A stretch of DNA of 64,000 nt from Octopus bimaculoides. Taxonomy: Eukaryota. Location: positions 107,346,770 to 107,410,769 of the forward strand of contig NC_068981.1 in the NCBI RefSeq assembly GCF_001194135.2, in the 5' to 3' direction. Position numbers and translations under genes: made by a program. Below the pieces are notes generated by a model. It was not told where the DNA came from. It saw only the letters and a program-made list of their open reading frames with translations, and did not search any database. Positions 50,530-64,000 of this stretch are shown piece by piece (within the stretch, counting starts at the first letter, position 1; every line of letters begins with the position of its first letter).

Positions 50530-50855
50530 TTACTTTGGACTGTAGCCTTCCTGGGTCACCACCTTGAAGGGTTGGTTTAACAAATTGACCCCAGTACTTT
50601 TAAGTCTGGTATTTATTTTATATGGGGATGCAAACAAAGCAACTCTAGTTGTCAAGGATTGGGAGGTACAAACACACATGCACACAGACACACACACAAA
50701 AGGCTTCCACACAATTTTACCTACCAAATTCTCTTACACGGCATTGGATGGCCTGGGGTTATAGGAGAAGACACTTGCCCAAGGTTTTGCGTAATGAGAT
50801 TGAACTTGAAACCATGAGGTTGTGAAATGAATCTCTTAACCACACAGTCATGCCC
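50530..50855 (-). mobile_element. SINE, second family, diverged
   Basis: Reverse complement contains ccttgggcaagtgtcttctcctataaccccaggcc and tttggtaggtaaaattgtgtggaagcc. Confidence 0.7.
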
Positions 50856-52044
50856 AAAACAATATTGTAATAAATATAAAACAAATGTTTTATATCTTCT
50901 TTTTTTATTAAGATAAAGCATTTAACATAAAGTTAATATGAAAACAATTTGAGGAAAATATATGCAATCTCTATATATGGGGAGAAATGTTCCATATATA
51001 ATTTTTCTTTCAACTGATGTATGAAGGTAGTCAAAATTTGGAAAAGGAAATATTGAAAATGTAGAGATCAACTGAATTTTTAGACAAAATATATTTCTCT
51101 TTTGGTATAGTTAAAAGAAAGTTGTGTTTATCTCTAGCCCTTTTAAAGCATAATTTACAAAGAAAATTAAAAGACATTTTTAATAAATGTAATTAATTTA
51201 ATGATATAAGAGATATCTACATTAGTAAATGTCTTTTTCACTTATGAATTAACATCCAAAGAGACAGGAATTCTATCACCAAAAAGTCTAATTCAAAAAC
51301 TTGAGGTAAAATTGAACCAAAAAGCTAAAGTATCAGGTCATGGATTTCCTTAGGCTTATTGCTGTCAGCAAAAATGAAATTTTGAAAAACAAAGTAAGAT
51401 TGCATGACATTTGTTACACAGCTATGTAATTTGGACAATGAACCAACTCTGCTCATTGTTCCAAGATTGTTTTTGGTGTGACCACATTTTAAAATCTATT
51501 TGGAGGGATAAATATTAACTGAAAAGATTATCCTTTATAAATTTTTTTAAAAATTTGTTAATTATGTATTATACATTTTCTACTTGTTTTTCAAGTGACA
51601 AAAATAAAATACTCAAAACAAATTTTTGATATCACAATGTTTTCAAATTTATAATACATATTGCATGCAAAACATTTTCTTTTAATTTATCAATGCTCTC
51701 CTCCTCTAGAAACAGGCAAACAGGGATTATTTTCTGTAATTTGAAAAGATCTCATAAAAAACTATATTTTTTTCCATGCCACAGTTTCTTTTTAGTTGTT
51801 AGGGTCACTATGGGTGTTAATCCAGTCCTAACAGCGGCACTTGTGGGTCTCACAGATCTGGAAGCCAAGCCCCCAGATAAACACCGATGCACAGGCTGTT
51901 GTTATCAAACTGAGCGTGAGTCGAAAGCAAAGTCACTACACAACAGAATGGCAATTATGTCTTAGCTTTCACTGCTTAAACTAAACACGTGACATTTTTG
52001 CCTTACAATATTGGATATTTCCTTTCACTCTTTTTAAAAAATGG

Positions 52045-52277
52045 CACTCTGTTGGTTACAACAACTAGGTTCCTGTTTATCTGATCAATGGAACAGTCTG
52101 CTTGCAAAATTGACATGCAGTTGGCTGAGTATTTCACAGACATGCATACCATAAGCTGAGTGGACTGCAGCAAGGTGAAGTAGAGTACCTTGCTCAAGAA
52201 CACAGTATGCTGCAGGGAATTGTACTCATGACTTTATGATCATGGGCCGAATACCCCTAACCACTGAGTCATGCACC
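52045..52277 (-). mobile_element. tRNA-derived SINE, diverged, head similar to 27510-27893
   Basis: Reverse complement gives gcatgactcagtggttagggg..gtgttcttgagcaagg. Confidence 0.65.
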
Positions 52278-52789
52278 TTCACTCTCTTAACCATAGACAA
52301 AATGAGTGAAGTGATAGAGACAGAGAAAGGAAAGCATCAGTCATTTACAATGACAATTAGACTGAAATACAATCAATCTTTTCTAGCTTCTTTACTTTTA
52401 ACAATGAAGAAGAGGGAAAGACATTTAGTAATGAAGAGAGGGAACGTCTTTCAGGTGTTTGTGTTTTTATTCTGGGAGATCTAGAAAGATCGAGTGTTAG
52501 TTCTCTCTTCTTTCTCCCACCCCTGATACTTATTCACCTTCTTTCATAGTTCTTTATGTCTTTTAGTTGGGGGGAAAGACCATGATTTTTCATGCACGTT
52601 TAACGTTTTCTCTGCAAACTACAAACAAGACCTTCCCTTCCCTTTTCTTCCAAACAAAAACTAATGCAAATTTTGAACGGGGTATAGCTCTGAAAAGAGC
52701 CCAGAAAATGGTTAATATCCCCCTACAAAATCTGTGAGGGAGAAAAGTTGCCAACAGGTGGCTACACAAAATCCAACTCTATACTTTAA

Positions 52790-52852
52790 AAAGTGTCTTC
52801 TGGTCAACCAAAGCCTTGTGAGTGAATTTGGTAGATGGAATCCAAAAGAAGC

Positions 52853-52894
<42 letters not shown>

Positions 52895-53112
52895 TGTGTG
52901 TGTTTGTGTCTGTGTTTGTCCCCCATCACCATTGCTTGACAATCGATGCTGGTGTGTTTTCATCCACGTGACTTAGCTGTTTGGCAGAAGAGACTGATGG
53001 AATAAGCACCAGACTTACATGGAATAAGTTCAGAGGTCGATTTCTTCGACTAAAAGGCGGTGCTCCAGCATGGCAACTATCAAATGACTGAAACAAGTAA
53101 AAGAGTAAAAGA
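52790..53112 (+). mobile_element. SINE, second family
   Basis: ccaaagccttgtgagtgaatttggtagatggaa..(TA)n..caaatgactgaaacaagtaaaagagtaaaag. Confidence 0.82.
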
Positions 53113-54129
53113 ATACCAGAAGAACATTCAGTACCACTAAACCAAGAAGGTTCTTTGAATATGTCCGATGTATTTTAAGGCTAAATAGTAATTCTGTTTA
53201 CGTTTGCGTAACAGACATTTTGGTTGGATTACATAGTTATCGGTTTTACACTTCTTTCTATATTCTGTAACTGTCACAATATAGAAGCATTTCTCATGGC
53301 ACCAACACACAATTTACAGATGCTTACATTTTTTATATTTTCTGTGAATTTTTCATGGGTCCAGCTAGTTGTTGTTATTATTAATATTATTATTATTATT
53401 ATTATTACTATTCAAAAGGATGGAATCTTCATAGTAATGTCAATTACAATTGTATGTGTTTATATTATGTAAGCTACTATTGATCTTTACAAGTGAATAT
53501 GCTTATGGGTTATTTTTTTTGCTATAAAGTGTATAAGTGCATAGAGAGTAACTATATGGTGTGACAAGCCTACTTTGCATCACATTAAAATAATGTAACT
53601 AGAGACCGTTCTATATTAGTTTTACTATGCAGTCTAATATAAAATCACGTTTACAACACACAACAGTACAACAAATTTTACTACTCATATGTAAAGCATA
53701 CAGAATATTTCTGAATGCAACAAATTTATTTAATATTGCCTCAAAGCTTTCAGTGTTGTTGACATCAAAATGTAATAATATGAATGTAGAGACAGATATA
53801 AACAGATGAAAGGTTAAATTATTGCATTAACATGTATATGTGTTGTGTAAAAAGTGGCAGTATATAAATCTAAATGTGTTAGTCATGAAATAACAAACGT
53901 AAAATATATCTATTCTACTGCAGTTTATGATGGTTATTCATGAAAAGCAAGAGTCTATTCTGTGTTAGACATCAGAATGAATGATATATGCCAGGCGAAA
54001 AGGTGCCATAAGACATTGAGAAATGCAGAAACATATCACAGAAAACTTGGAGGGGAGGTTTTTGGCCAGATCTGATATCAGTGCATGATTCACAAAGAAG
54101 ACACAAACATTAAACAGATTGAGATAATA

Positions 54130-54570
54130 TAAATATTGGACCATGATATGATGTTTATTGAGGAGAGAGATGAAAATCAGGGAATAAGTTGGAGAAAATG
54201 ATAGTAGTGAATATGGGAAAAATGAAGGTAGCAATGAAATGATGATGATAATGATAATTGTCATGACAGTGATAACAGCAACAGAAATGAAATCAAAGAT
54301 GAAGACAAGACAAAGACAATGATAAAAACAGAGTTGACAACAATGACAGTTACAACAAAAGTAATGATGCCAATGAAAATAAAGATCTCAAAGATAAAAA
54401 TGAAGGTAATGCAGCCTGCCATACTGAATATGATGACAACAATGATAAAGCTAATAAAGGTGATGACAGTGACGATGACATCAAAGATGACTACAATGAA
54501 GATGATAAACAGGATGAAAATGATAAGGATGAAGGAAATGATGAAGATAAAGATGATGAAAATAAGCTGA
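54130..54570. repeat. Degenerate (GAT/AAT/GAC)n trinucleotide low-complexity tract
   Basis: Strong 3-nt periodicity; yields spurious M/K-rich or D/N-rich ORFs. Confidence 0.75.
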
Positions 54571-56069
54571 GCCTGAACATAGCTACATGAAAATAAAAAT
54601 GGGAAATCTTCAATCTAAATATAATTCAAAACATCATTTCAAATACACTCCACTCTAAAGAAGGCATGTTAGTTGGTATTAAAAGTATAGGGTGGTGGAT
54701 TCACAGATCATTAGTGTCTCAGACAAAAAGTTTTACAATAGTTGTTCTTGCTCTTTATGTTCTGAGTTCAAATCTTACTTTCACCTTTTGAGGCAGATAA
54801 AATAAAATATCAGTCAAGTATTAGGGTCAATAGTATTAACAAACACCACCTCCCATAAAATGTGCCTAATTTAGATAAAAAAAGAAAAGAATTTGAAGAG
54901 TATAAAGCTATAAAGCATTTGTTGTAATGGCTCATGACCATTCAACCAAAAGTGTAAAAGGAAAATTATATTTAATGTCTTAAGGAAAGTGGATATTGAT
55001 CTGACATTTTTGACAGGCTCTCTTACATAATGGACATTTGGATAGATGGAACAATAATTGGGTTTAAACAAGTTACATTTTATTCCAGTGAGGGGAGAGA
55101 TTAATGTTCTACCGAATAAACCCAGGACAAAATAATAATTCCAGTCACATCTCTGTAAAGTCTGTAATTTAAACTAGTTTCAGATAAAATATTATAAAAC
55201 ACCTTTTATCTTCTTTGAGTAAATAATAGTAATTTAGTATCTACAAATGTTTATATATCACCTCTTCATAAGTATTAAAGTACTAAATTAAAAAAGTACC
55301 ATTTTTGCAGCTAATTACTGGAGGAAGTCAGAGTTCTCATTAACAAGGTTGACTGAAGAAAGCAATATATTTTATCCATTTTATAATAGACATCCAAATA
55401 TTAAACTATTAGTAAAGCTAAATTACCAGGGAGTTACAAATGTTTTAATATCAGTTCTTAAACTATATTAATGAAAAGAAAAGATTTTAAATAGAAAAAT
55501 GTATAAGATTTATAAAAGCATTAAATTTTATAAAATATCCATAACGCCAACTCAAAAAGCAATTTTAATTCTGCTAAACAATTTATGTAGTGAAATCAAA
55601 GTTGGAAGAAGAAGAGGGGTGGGGAGGGAATTCATTTTACAGCTGGCATACTATATTGTATAACCAATAATTTTATTGTTAGTTACTCATGTCAATAAAG
55701 TAGCTCTGCCTATGTCATGTAAACTCCTGAAACGACAACTATTACTACTACTACTACTACTGTATCAAGTATGTAAGACAGTCAGCAATGAAGAACTGTT
55801 GTTGGAACTACTGCTACTTCTTTTAATTCTTGAAAATACCAAATCTTCACCAGCTTTTTATTATTTGACTGGGCTGCAATCTCAGTTGAAGCTGTTTTAC
55901 TTCAATTATGTCATTTATGCTATTGGGAAAGCAAAAACATTGCAACTTCCAATTTTCCTTCTCCTAAACACCTTTTCAATAATTGTTCAATAACGATCTA
56001 TTTACATCACATGAATATTCTTAGACACTAAATGTATCTTAAAGGACACCAATATGTTGAGCGTGATGC

Positions 56070-56071
<2 letters not shown>

Positions 56072-56136
<65 letters not shown>
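56072..56136. repeat. (AT)n microsatellite
   Basis: Directly visible. Confidence 0.95.
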
Positions 56137-56139
<3 letters not shown>

Positions 56140-59100
56140 AGTTGTATTTAGTTGCTAACCTACTTAGAAAATACTGCTCATTTACTTGAAGCCTATCTAA
56201 AAATATATTGACTATACCAATTTTTATTTGCAAGTAAAAGAACAGCTAGCAACAGCTAAGATTCATCAGCATTTTTATTGCCTTTACAACCAAGAATGTA
56301 ACATTAATTTAATATTGGACTGAATTATTGGGCTATTAGAAATGAAACAAGTTTAGTAGTAGGACATCCAGTTGTTATAAACACACACATTGTGTGCATA
56401 TGTGTACACACACAGGTGTATATGTGCATGCACACACGGGTATCTATGTGCATTCAATATTGAATCACTTGTAAAAATAATATTCAAACATCAAACACCA
56501 GTAAAATTCATTATATAATTTAAGTAATGAATTTCTATTTTGCCATTATAGTTTGTAACTATAAATACAACTGTAAAGAAACACTACAATTTGGTAGAAA
56601 AGTAAACATTATAATCATAGTAATTATTTCATATTGGGATCATATTCAACTGAAAGAAAAGAACACATATAACTGAATGGAATGATTATAATTGTGGAAC
56701 GAAAGATTATTAAAGAGAAAAAGTTGTATTCAAATATGAATTAGAGATTATGCTCAGTTGAAAAGATGGATTATATTTATGATAGAATTTTAAATTTTAG
56801 CAGAGAAATTTGTTTTCTAAATAAGTAGCTGTAGTTAATTTTGCTATTAAATGGAGACAGCTGATCAAAGAATTATTTGATTAGTAGTGTTCTATCTATT
56901 GCCATCTCATCTTTATGGTCAATATATCAAGGCATAAGCTAAAGATTAGAGTAACATTAAAAAAAAAATATCCATTGACTTTTATAGTAAACTAAATGAT
57001 TACATAGAGTTGACAAAGATTAATTTCAGTTGGAAGGTAGGAAAGTTTTTAAACTGTGCAGTGAGATTATTTTTAAAGCACATAATGAAGCATATCAAAA
57101 TAAGAGAATGTGTTGCAATCACTACTGATATGAATAGTTGATATTAAACAAGGCTCCATCTGTAAAGAAAAAAAGAAACCCTGCTCTCTTGACCAGTTTA
57201 CTCATTGAGAACCATAACATATTTTGGTTCTTTAATAATATTTTGTTTAGTTTCATTTTATATAAAGTGTCATGCTAAATATGAAGAGAGAGTTTTTCAG
57301 TTCTTTTTCTTTTCATTTTATTTTATTTCTTTTCTTTTCTTTTTGCTACTGGAAAGAAAGAATGTGTTTAATTGACAGGAAAAGTAATTTTAACTGGGCA
57401 AAAGGATTGTTTAACTGAGAGAAAGGAATATATTTGACTGAAAAGAAGGATTAGGTTTAACTGAAAGGAATAATTACATTTATGTGAAAGGAACGAAGCA
57501 TGTTTCAGTGAAAAGAATGATCATATTCATCTGACAAAAGAAAATGTGGCAAGACTCCAAACTAAATAACAAGCAAACTAATTTTCTACTTTTAGCTACA
57601 ATGACACATTTGTAATAACAACAAAAATAATACTGCCTTCCACTGTTTATTTACAAAACTTCTTTTATTTAAGCTAATCACTAACAGCAAAAAACATAGC
57701 AGTACTTCAATGAAGAATGACAATAACTAAAAGAACTTACCAACAAACTCGTTTGAAACTCAGTGGATTTTTTCCTCAAGGCTTTTTTATGTTTAAAAAT
57801 ATTTTGAAAATGGGAATCTAAATTTTTATAACTAATTATTATAAAAATTACTTATATTTTTATTACTCTAAAATCATTACAAAAATGAATAAATGAACAT
57901 TTTAGCATTATTTAATTGATATGAAAATCAAAATCCACTTCAATTTATCAATATCCTCATTTTCTAATGTTGAACCTATTACTTTGAAAGTTTAAATCAT
58001 ACTTTATATATATTTATATATATATATTACCCATTATAGATATTAAAAAAATGATGAGTTAATAATTTGATAAATCTGCCATAAACATAATCATCTTTGA
58101 TCCATAAGTTTGGGTTATGAATGCGCATTACCATAGTATGGTGTTAGAGAAGAGATTGACTGATACATTAGTCAATGCTTTCCATATTCTTCAGTGCACT
58201 GAACAAACTACATCATATAATCAAATTTATACGAACTACTCATTTTGTGGTCGAAGTTGATGAAAATAATATTTATTTTCTACAACTTATAGGCCAAGCT
58301 ACAATTTTGAATATTATTTTGCAATGATTTTCTTTTTCAAACTGAAATTGTGATACTAAATTATTAATAATGTCATAATGATATAAAAAATTTAGGAAAT
58401 ATATCAATTTTATTATTTGTTAATACTGCTAAAATTTGTTATTAATTAATGTTAAAATGGCAAACTAAAGACTAATATTCATAGCCAGTTTTTGCAAAGA
58501 AGCTAAAAGTAAAATATCTTTGGTCTATCATCATACAATTTGATCTTAGAACTATAAACTTCCAGACTATATGTCTTATTTTCTTTTAGGTAAACATTCA
58601 ACAATTCTTAGCTATCATGGAGTTATTTGAGCAGCTAGAAATAGCAGCCAGCTCTCCTTTATATCACCATACCATCTTAAAAAGTGGAGAGAACACAATG
58701 TCCAGAAAAAAGTCATGGCAATAATGATTTATTCATAAGGTCTATTTGATCAGGCATGACCAGGTACTAAATAACAACAACATGAACCTCCAGTGTTATA
58801 ACAGATAAGAGAAGTAGTTGTGTTATGGCTTGAGTTTCTGTGATGAGATGTAAAGTCACAACTCCACCAGGCACAGGCCAATACATTAACCAAGTGTGAC
58901 AACCACTTACCAAAATAAATTTACAAAAGAAATTAGCTTCAAATGCAATGTCTCAAAATACAATATAAATTTTGGAATGCAGTGAGGTTTTAGAATGTGT
59001 GTGTGCATGTGTATGTGTGTGTGTGTGTGTGTGTGCATGCATGCACCTTGCTGAAGCTTGGTGAGTTACTTCAATGTGAAGAGGAAGGGGTAATAAATAA

Positions 59101-59769
59101 CTGAAGTCTTGTTTAGCCAATGCTAAATTAGCTTTCTCAGAAACTTAAATTGGTCATTCATGAAGATTCTTGCATGAATTATATCAATTTATACATCTAT
59201 TTAGCAAACAGCATGAAGATCACTCTAGTTGAATATATCTTAAAGCCTGAAAGGATGTTAAAATTGTGATAGGAAAAAAAGTCGGTTTCAATGCCATAGA
59301 GTAAATTTTCTTTGATAAAATCTATGTATTAAGGAAGTTAAAATAGTATTTAAACACATTTAGACTCATTAAAAAGAGAAAAAACAACTGATACTTTGTA
59401 TCTTTGATATAATAAGCATTTTATTGTCTGTCAGCTAATATTTATATTTATTAAAAATGAATACCATGCAATAATTGATTGCATGAAATATAGATTTTTG
59501 TTTTTTATATTCTTTCTATGAAATAGAAACTAATAATTTATATAAACATAAATCTATCAAAAATAACAGCTGCTAAAATAAGTATTATAATATTCTAAAT
59601 ATGTATATTTTTCTAATGATTAAGTAAAGGGCTTTCAATAAATGAAGAAAACAATTCACTTGTCATTAAAGGATCAAATGATGTTAGAACTAATTAAAAT
59701 TATTAAGGAACATTATTCTTTAAATGTAAATTGTCATAGGTTCAACATCCACAAATATTTGAAAATACA

Positions 59770-60145
59770 ATATGGGGATGGGGATAATGATAAAGAGGGT
59801 AATGACAGTGGTGATGGTGGTGACAGTGGTCATGATGGTGATGATGAAGACAGTGGTGATGATGAGTGTGACAATGATGGAGATTATGATCATAACAAAG
59901 ATAACAAAGATAATGCAGATAGAGATGATGACAGAGATGATAAGATGATGGTAATAGACATGATGATGATGATGATGATGATAGAGATTATGATCATGAA
60001 GCTAATAGAGACGATGATGATGATGGAGATGATGATGATAATGTGGATGATGATGGCAACAATGATAGAGATTATGACCATGGTGATGAAGATAATGGAG
60101 ATGATGATGATCGCAATAATAATGATTATGATGCTGAAGAAGTAG
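59770..60145. repeat. Degenerate (GAT/GGT)n trinucleotide low-complexity tract
   Basis: The register slips near 59945, so the ORF changes from D/G-rich to poly-Met; typical of a decaying microsatellite. Confidence 0.8.
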
Positions 60146-63100
60146 TTTGAAAGTACTATATACACAAGGTATTAAAAAAACATTTCATCTAAAATTTAGA
60201 CAATATTCAGAATCAACAAAGAAAAAAGGTTTCTTTTTTATAAGTTCCTTTGTGAGATATTTGATTGAGATTTCCTAATGGCTATTAGGAGTACATTTGA
60301 TATTTTAAACCTATAATTTTCTATGCATCATTTCCAATAACCGTTGCTAACTGGTACTAGTGGAAGAAGGGGGAATCTGAAAGTTTCAAGGAGATGACTG
60401 AAAATGATCAGTCAAGTAAAAAAAGTGAATGAAAGTCGTTGACACTTTAATAGATAAAAACCATGCTTTCATATTTCTGAAGCATAAATAATTTTATATA
60501 TAGTCAATACCACCAGTAGAGGATATACTATTTTTTATGAAAGTCCTAGAAATAGACAATTGTTTTGTACTTTTTGTAATTTTAATTTTCTTTTGTGTTT
60601 TTCATTAAATGTTAAGAACATCTTTTGGAAGTAGTAATTAAGTTGATAAGAACTCGGTTTGATCAAGGTGAATGAATTTCCTAATTTTCCTTGTGATTAA
60701 TATGTTTCTACTTGTCTAAGGATAACAAATAATTTACTTGATATATTAGTTGACAATAATATTTGTGTTTAATATAACTTTATTCTTGTCCTTGAGCAAA
60801 GTAGATTTGTAGTAGAGGAGTGTTATTTCAAATTTCACAGGATTGTGTTATATTAGTGGATGATAGAGAAATTTCTGATTAATCATTGGCATTACTATAA
60901 TGCCAAAATGGTATTTGTTCTAGAATGACTTTTTTAATTTATACATTTTAAATAATATCAGAATCTGAAATTAAATATAAATGTACTTTACATATTAGTT
61001 TTTCTAAAGCTGCAAATTGGAGTTTTTTGCCAGGCAATTTACAACTTATTTTTAATAACTCTTTAGACTAAATTTTCAGGAACTGAGCATTAAGTGAGCA
61101 TTAAATGGGATTAGATGCTTTAAACTATGTTAGCCTCTTAGTTAAGAGTCAACTTGCCTTTCTTGAGTGATAAGGCAGGCACAAAACCCATTTATAAAAG
61201 CATTTGTGTCTTGGAGAGAAGTTAACATTTCTGTAATTTTGCCATGGAAAGAAATTTGTGTTTTATCATTTGATGCAAAGTGGAACTGCCTACATATTCT
61301 GCAATATAATTATGACTTTGAAATTATAACAAAACAAAGACATTATGATAATTCAAGTGTGATATTATTTCTTTACCAATTACAAAACTTGTATATCTTA
61401 TGCATATTGACATACAGTATTGCCAAGTTTTATCAATAAATATTATTGAAGCTTATGAATATTCAATTTGTTGGTGAGAAAAACATTAATGTCATCCATA
61501 AAAAGCAATAATGAATTAGTTATCTAATAGAATAAAGAGAAGAATATTATTTTTGATCTGCAATTTATACAAAAGTATTGTATCTCAATGACAATCCTAC
61601 AAGAATTTATAATGATGAGAGTTCAACTTGCTCAAAAAGCAATATGATCGTTTTGGGGGGCCTAATATCAGTTTTATTTCAACACAACTGAATAAAACAA
61701 AAAGAAAAAAGGAGGTTGAAGTAAGCCTAGTATTAATATCAAGTTTAGGAGATTTTTTTTCTCATTATTAAGCAAATTGCTTAAAGAACTAATGAGTGGT
61801 TCTTTGTTAATTATATTTTCTTTTCCATTAATGTTATTTAACTTTTAGAATCTTTGATCATAAAATGTCACATGGATAAAAACTTATTACAACAGTGTTC
61901 TTACTATTTGTAATGTGCTGTGACAATCTTTGGAAATTGTTAATGAATTCAGGACATCTAATGAAATGTTATGACAAAAACAAGTTTCTTAAAGAAAAAA
62001 TAACTGAAGAAAGAAGTAAATTCACAATTGTAACCTACTAGTTTAATTTAGATGTGTAGTCTCCAAGGAAAAATGTATATGGTAATAAAATCAGAAGAGG
62101 CTACTTCTAAAGAAAGAGGAACCTAGCAGAATTCTAAAGGATTACAATTTTTATGCAAAACAGAAATTTCTCATTTAATAGGAGTCACTGAGCTTTGAGG
62201 AAAAGCAGTTGAATAATTTCATCCATATATTTAGTGTTGTTATGGAATTAACGCCAGAAACTATAATATGCAAGTGACAAAGCTCTAATCATTGAATTAT
62301 TAATAAAGAAAGTGGGAAACCTGGTATAAAAGACTTGAATAAAAAAAAACTCAGGATTAACGTATGATGTCCATAACAAAACAACTCAAGGAAGTAATTT
62401 GGAAATCAATATGCACAACAATGAGAACTAATAATTGTAGAAAACATATAGACTTACTGACAGAATTTTAAACATACATGTACTAACACACAGAAACATA
62501 TACACACATATATGATAAATGTACCCATTAAATAGAGCATGAATATTTAGACACAAGATTAGATTTTTACAGTAGAGTAAAAATGGACATATAATAATAG
62601 GATATATAAAATGTTAATTGAGAAGCTACAAACATCATGGCTTGTCAAATATTGAGTGAATCACATACACACAAACATGAATTGAGATTAAAAAATGTAT
62701 ACAGTATTATAGTCATTTGTCCATGCAAGCAAATTAATATATTTAATGAAAAAATAAAAGAATTGCAAAATTTCATTTTTATCCTTTACTATCACCAACA
62801 ATTAAATTATGAAGGATAAAGAATACTTATTATTATCAAATATGACAACTGACATATATTGAACAACATATTACATCATGATTTTAGGAAATCATCCAGG
62901 TTTACTTCAGCTTTTCAAAATTCATCAGTTTTAATTGGAATCAATAACTCAAAGAAAACAGTTTTCACAAGCTCATTATTTTAAATATATTCCAGCACTA
63001 TTACCATGAAGCTGCTCTAATAAGTTTGTAAACTTAAAGCCAAAAATCATTAAACTGCTATATCAGGCCCCTGGCTGATTGAACTGAGAAAACATTGACT

Positions 63101-63758
63101 CAGTGCCAACTCAGCTGCTAATAAACAGCAATACTTTGCACAATGACATAATACTAAACCTGTTTGAAGAATTGAACATAACTATTAGGGATTTAGCTCA
63201 AAGTATGAACAACAGTGTATATGTTTAAAAATGTACATGTTTCATATTGTCAAAAACATACAATGTGCATGCATATAGACAGTCACGTTACAAACACACA
63301 AAAAAAACAGGTTAATTTTTTCCCTTAAGTTTAATTTACCATAAGAAGAAAAATAATATTTTCTAATAGTCTCAGAAATTGATGGTATACACCATGATGG
63401 TTTTAATATATCTGGTAAAATTTAGTATTTCAAGTATTTAATATTTTAATAATGCCATGATGTATCTTGCAATGTATTTCAATTCTGTGTTTAACATTAA
63501 TAAATATTATTTAACTATACTATTTCTAATTCAGAAAATATTGTCCATTTGCTATTAAAAGTTTTAGTTACATACTCAGCTTTATGAAGTGCCACATTGA
63601 TATACTTTGTTTCTTATTAATAGAATAATATCTTAAATGGTTCAAACGCTACACTACTCAATCAATGTGATTATGATCACATTAAGAATTTTTATAAAAG
63701 TTTCACTTAGTTATATATCAAGAAATGAACTTATGTGAAAATAAGTAATTGATGGACA

Positions 63759-64000
63759 ATCATCATCATCATCATCATCGTTTAACGTCCGCTTTCCATG
63801 CTAGCATGGGTTGGATGATTTGACTGAGGACTGGTGAAACCGGATGGCAACACCAGGCTCCAGTCTGATTTGGCAGAGTTTCTACAGCTGGATGCCCTTC
63901 CTAACGCCAACCACTCAGAGAGTGTAGTGGGTGCTTTTACGTGTCACCCGCACGAAAACGGCCACGCTCGAAATGGTGTCTTTTATGTGCCACCCGCACA
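63759..64000 (-). mobile_element. RTE tail, running off the window end
   Basis: Nearly identical to 29903-30064 over the shared ~160 nt. Confidence 0.88.

Noticed and set aside
59642-60165. 167-aa acidic/poly-Met ORF and antisense poly-Ile ORF
   Set aside because: Products of a degenerate (GAT)n tract with a mid-tract register slip.
48058-64000. Expected upstream alpha2delta exon (..VHIP.DIY..G)
   Set aside because: I scanned by eye for HIP-type codons with splice sites and found none; it is probably beyond the window, though a short divergent exon could have been missed.

Overview
AT-rich eukaryotic DNA with dense microsatellites, tRNA-derived SINEs, RTE-type LINE fragments and mariner relics. 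From recall, this repeat landscape resembles an octopus (coleoid cephalopod) genome; that is an inference, not a database result. The window lies inside one large minus-strand gene, a voltage-gated calcium channel alpha-2/delta auxiliary subunit (CACNA2D family; paralog not determinable). I read ten consecutive GT-AG exons from 48057 down to 28689 that join in phase into about 281 aa: the end of VWA_N / first Cache part, the RRRPW motif, the full VWA domain and the start of the second Cache part. I found no further 5' exon in 48058-64000 and no constitutive 3' exon below 28689, so both gene ends probably lie outside the window. The main discovery is a second, homologous copy of the last exon (9254-9337), 19.4 kb downstream: same 84-nt length, same 0/0 phase, 11/28 identical aa. 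A more divergent third candidate lies between them (19614-19691). This looks like a mutually exclusive exon cluster that swaps part of the Cache amino-acid/gabapentinoid-binding pocket. The introns also contain a ~98% perfect 272-bp-arm hairpin, a fold-back mariner, an RTE ORF2 fragment with a PHD-like zinc finger, a 26-bp tandem array grown from a LINE 3' UTR, and an unidentified decayed coding-like tract. Four N gaps are present. Most ORFs in the supplied track are microsatellite, gap or repeat artefacts.
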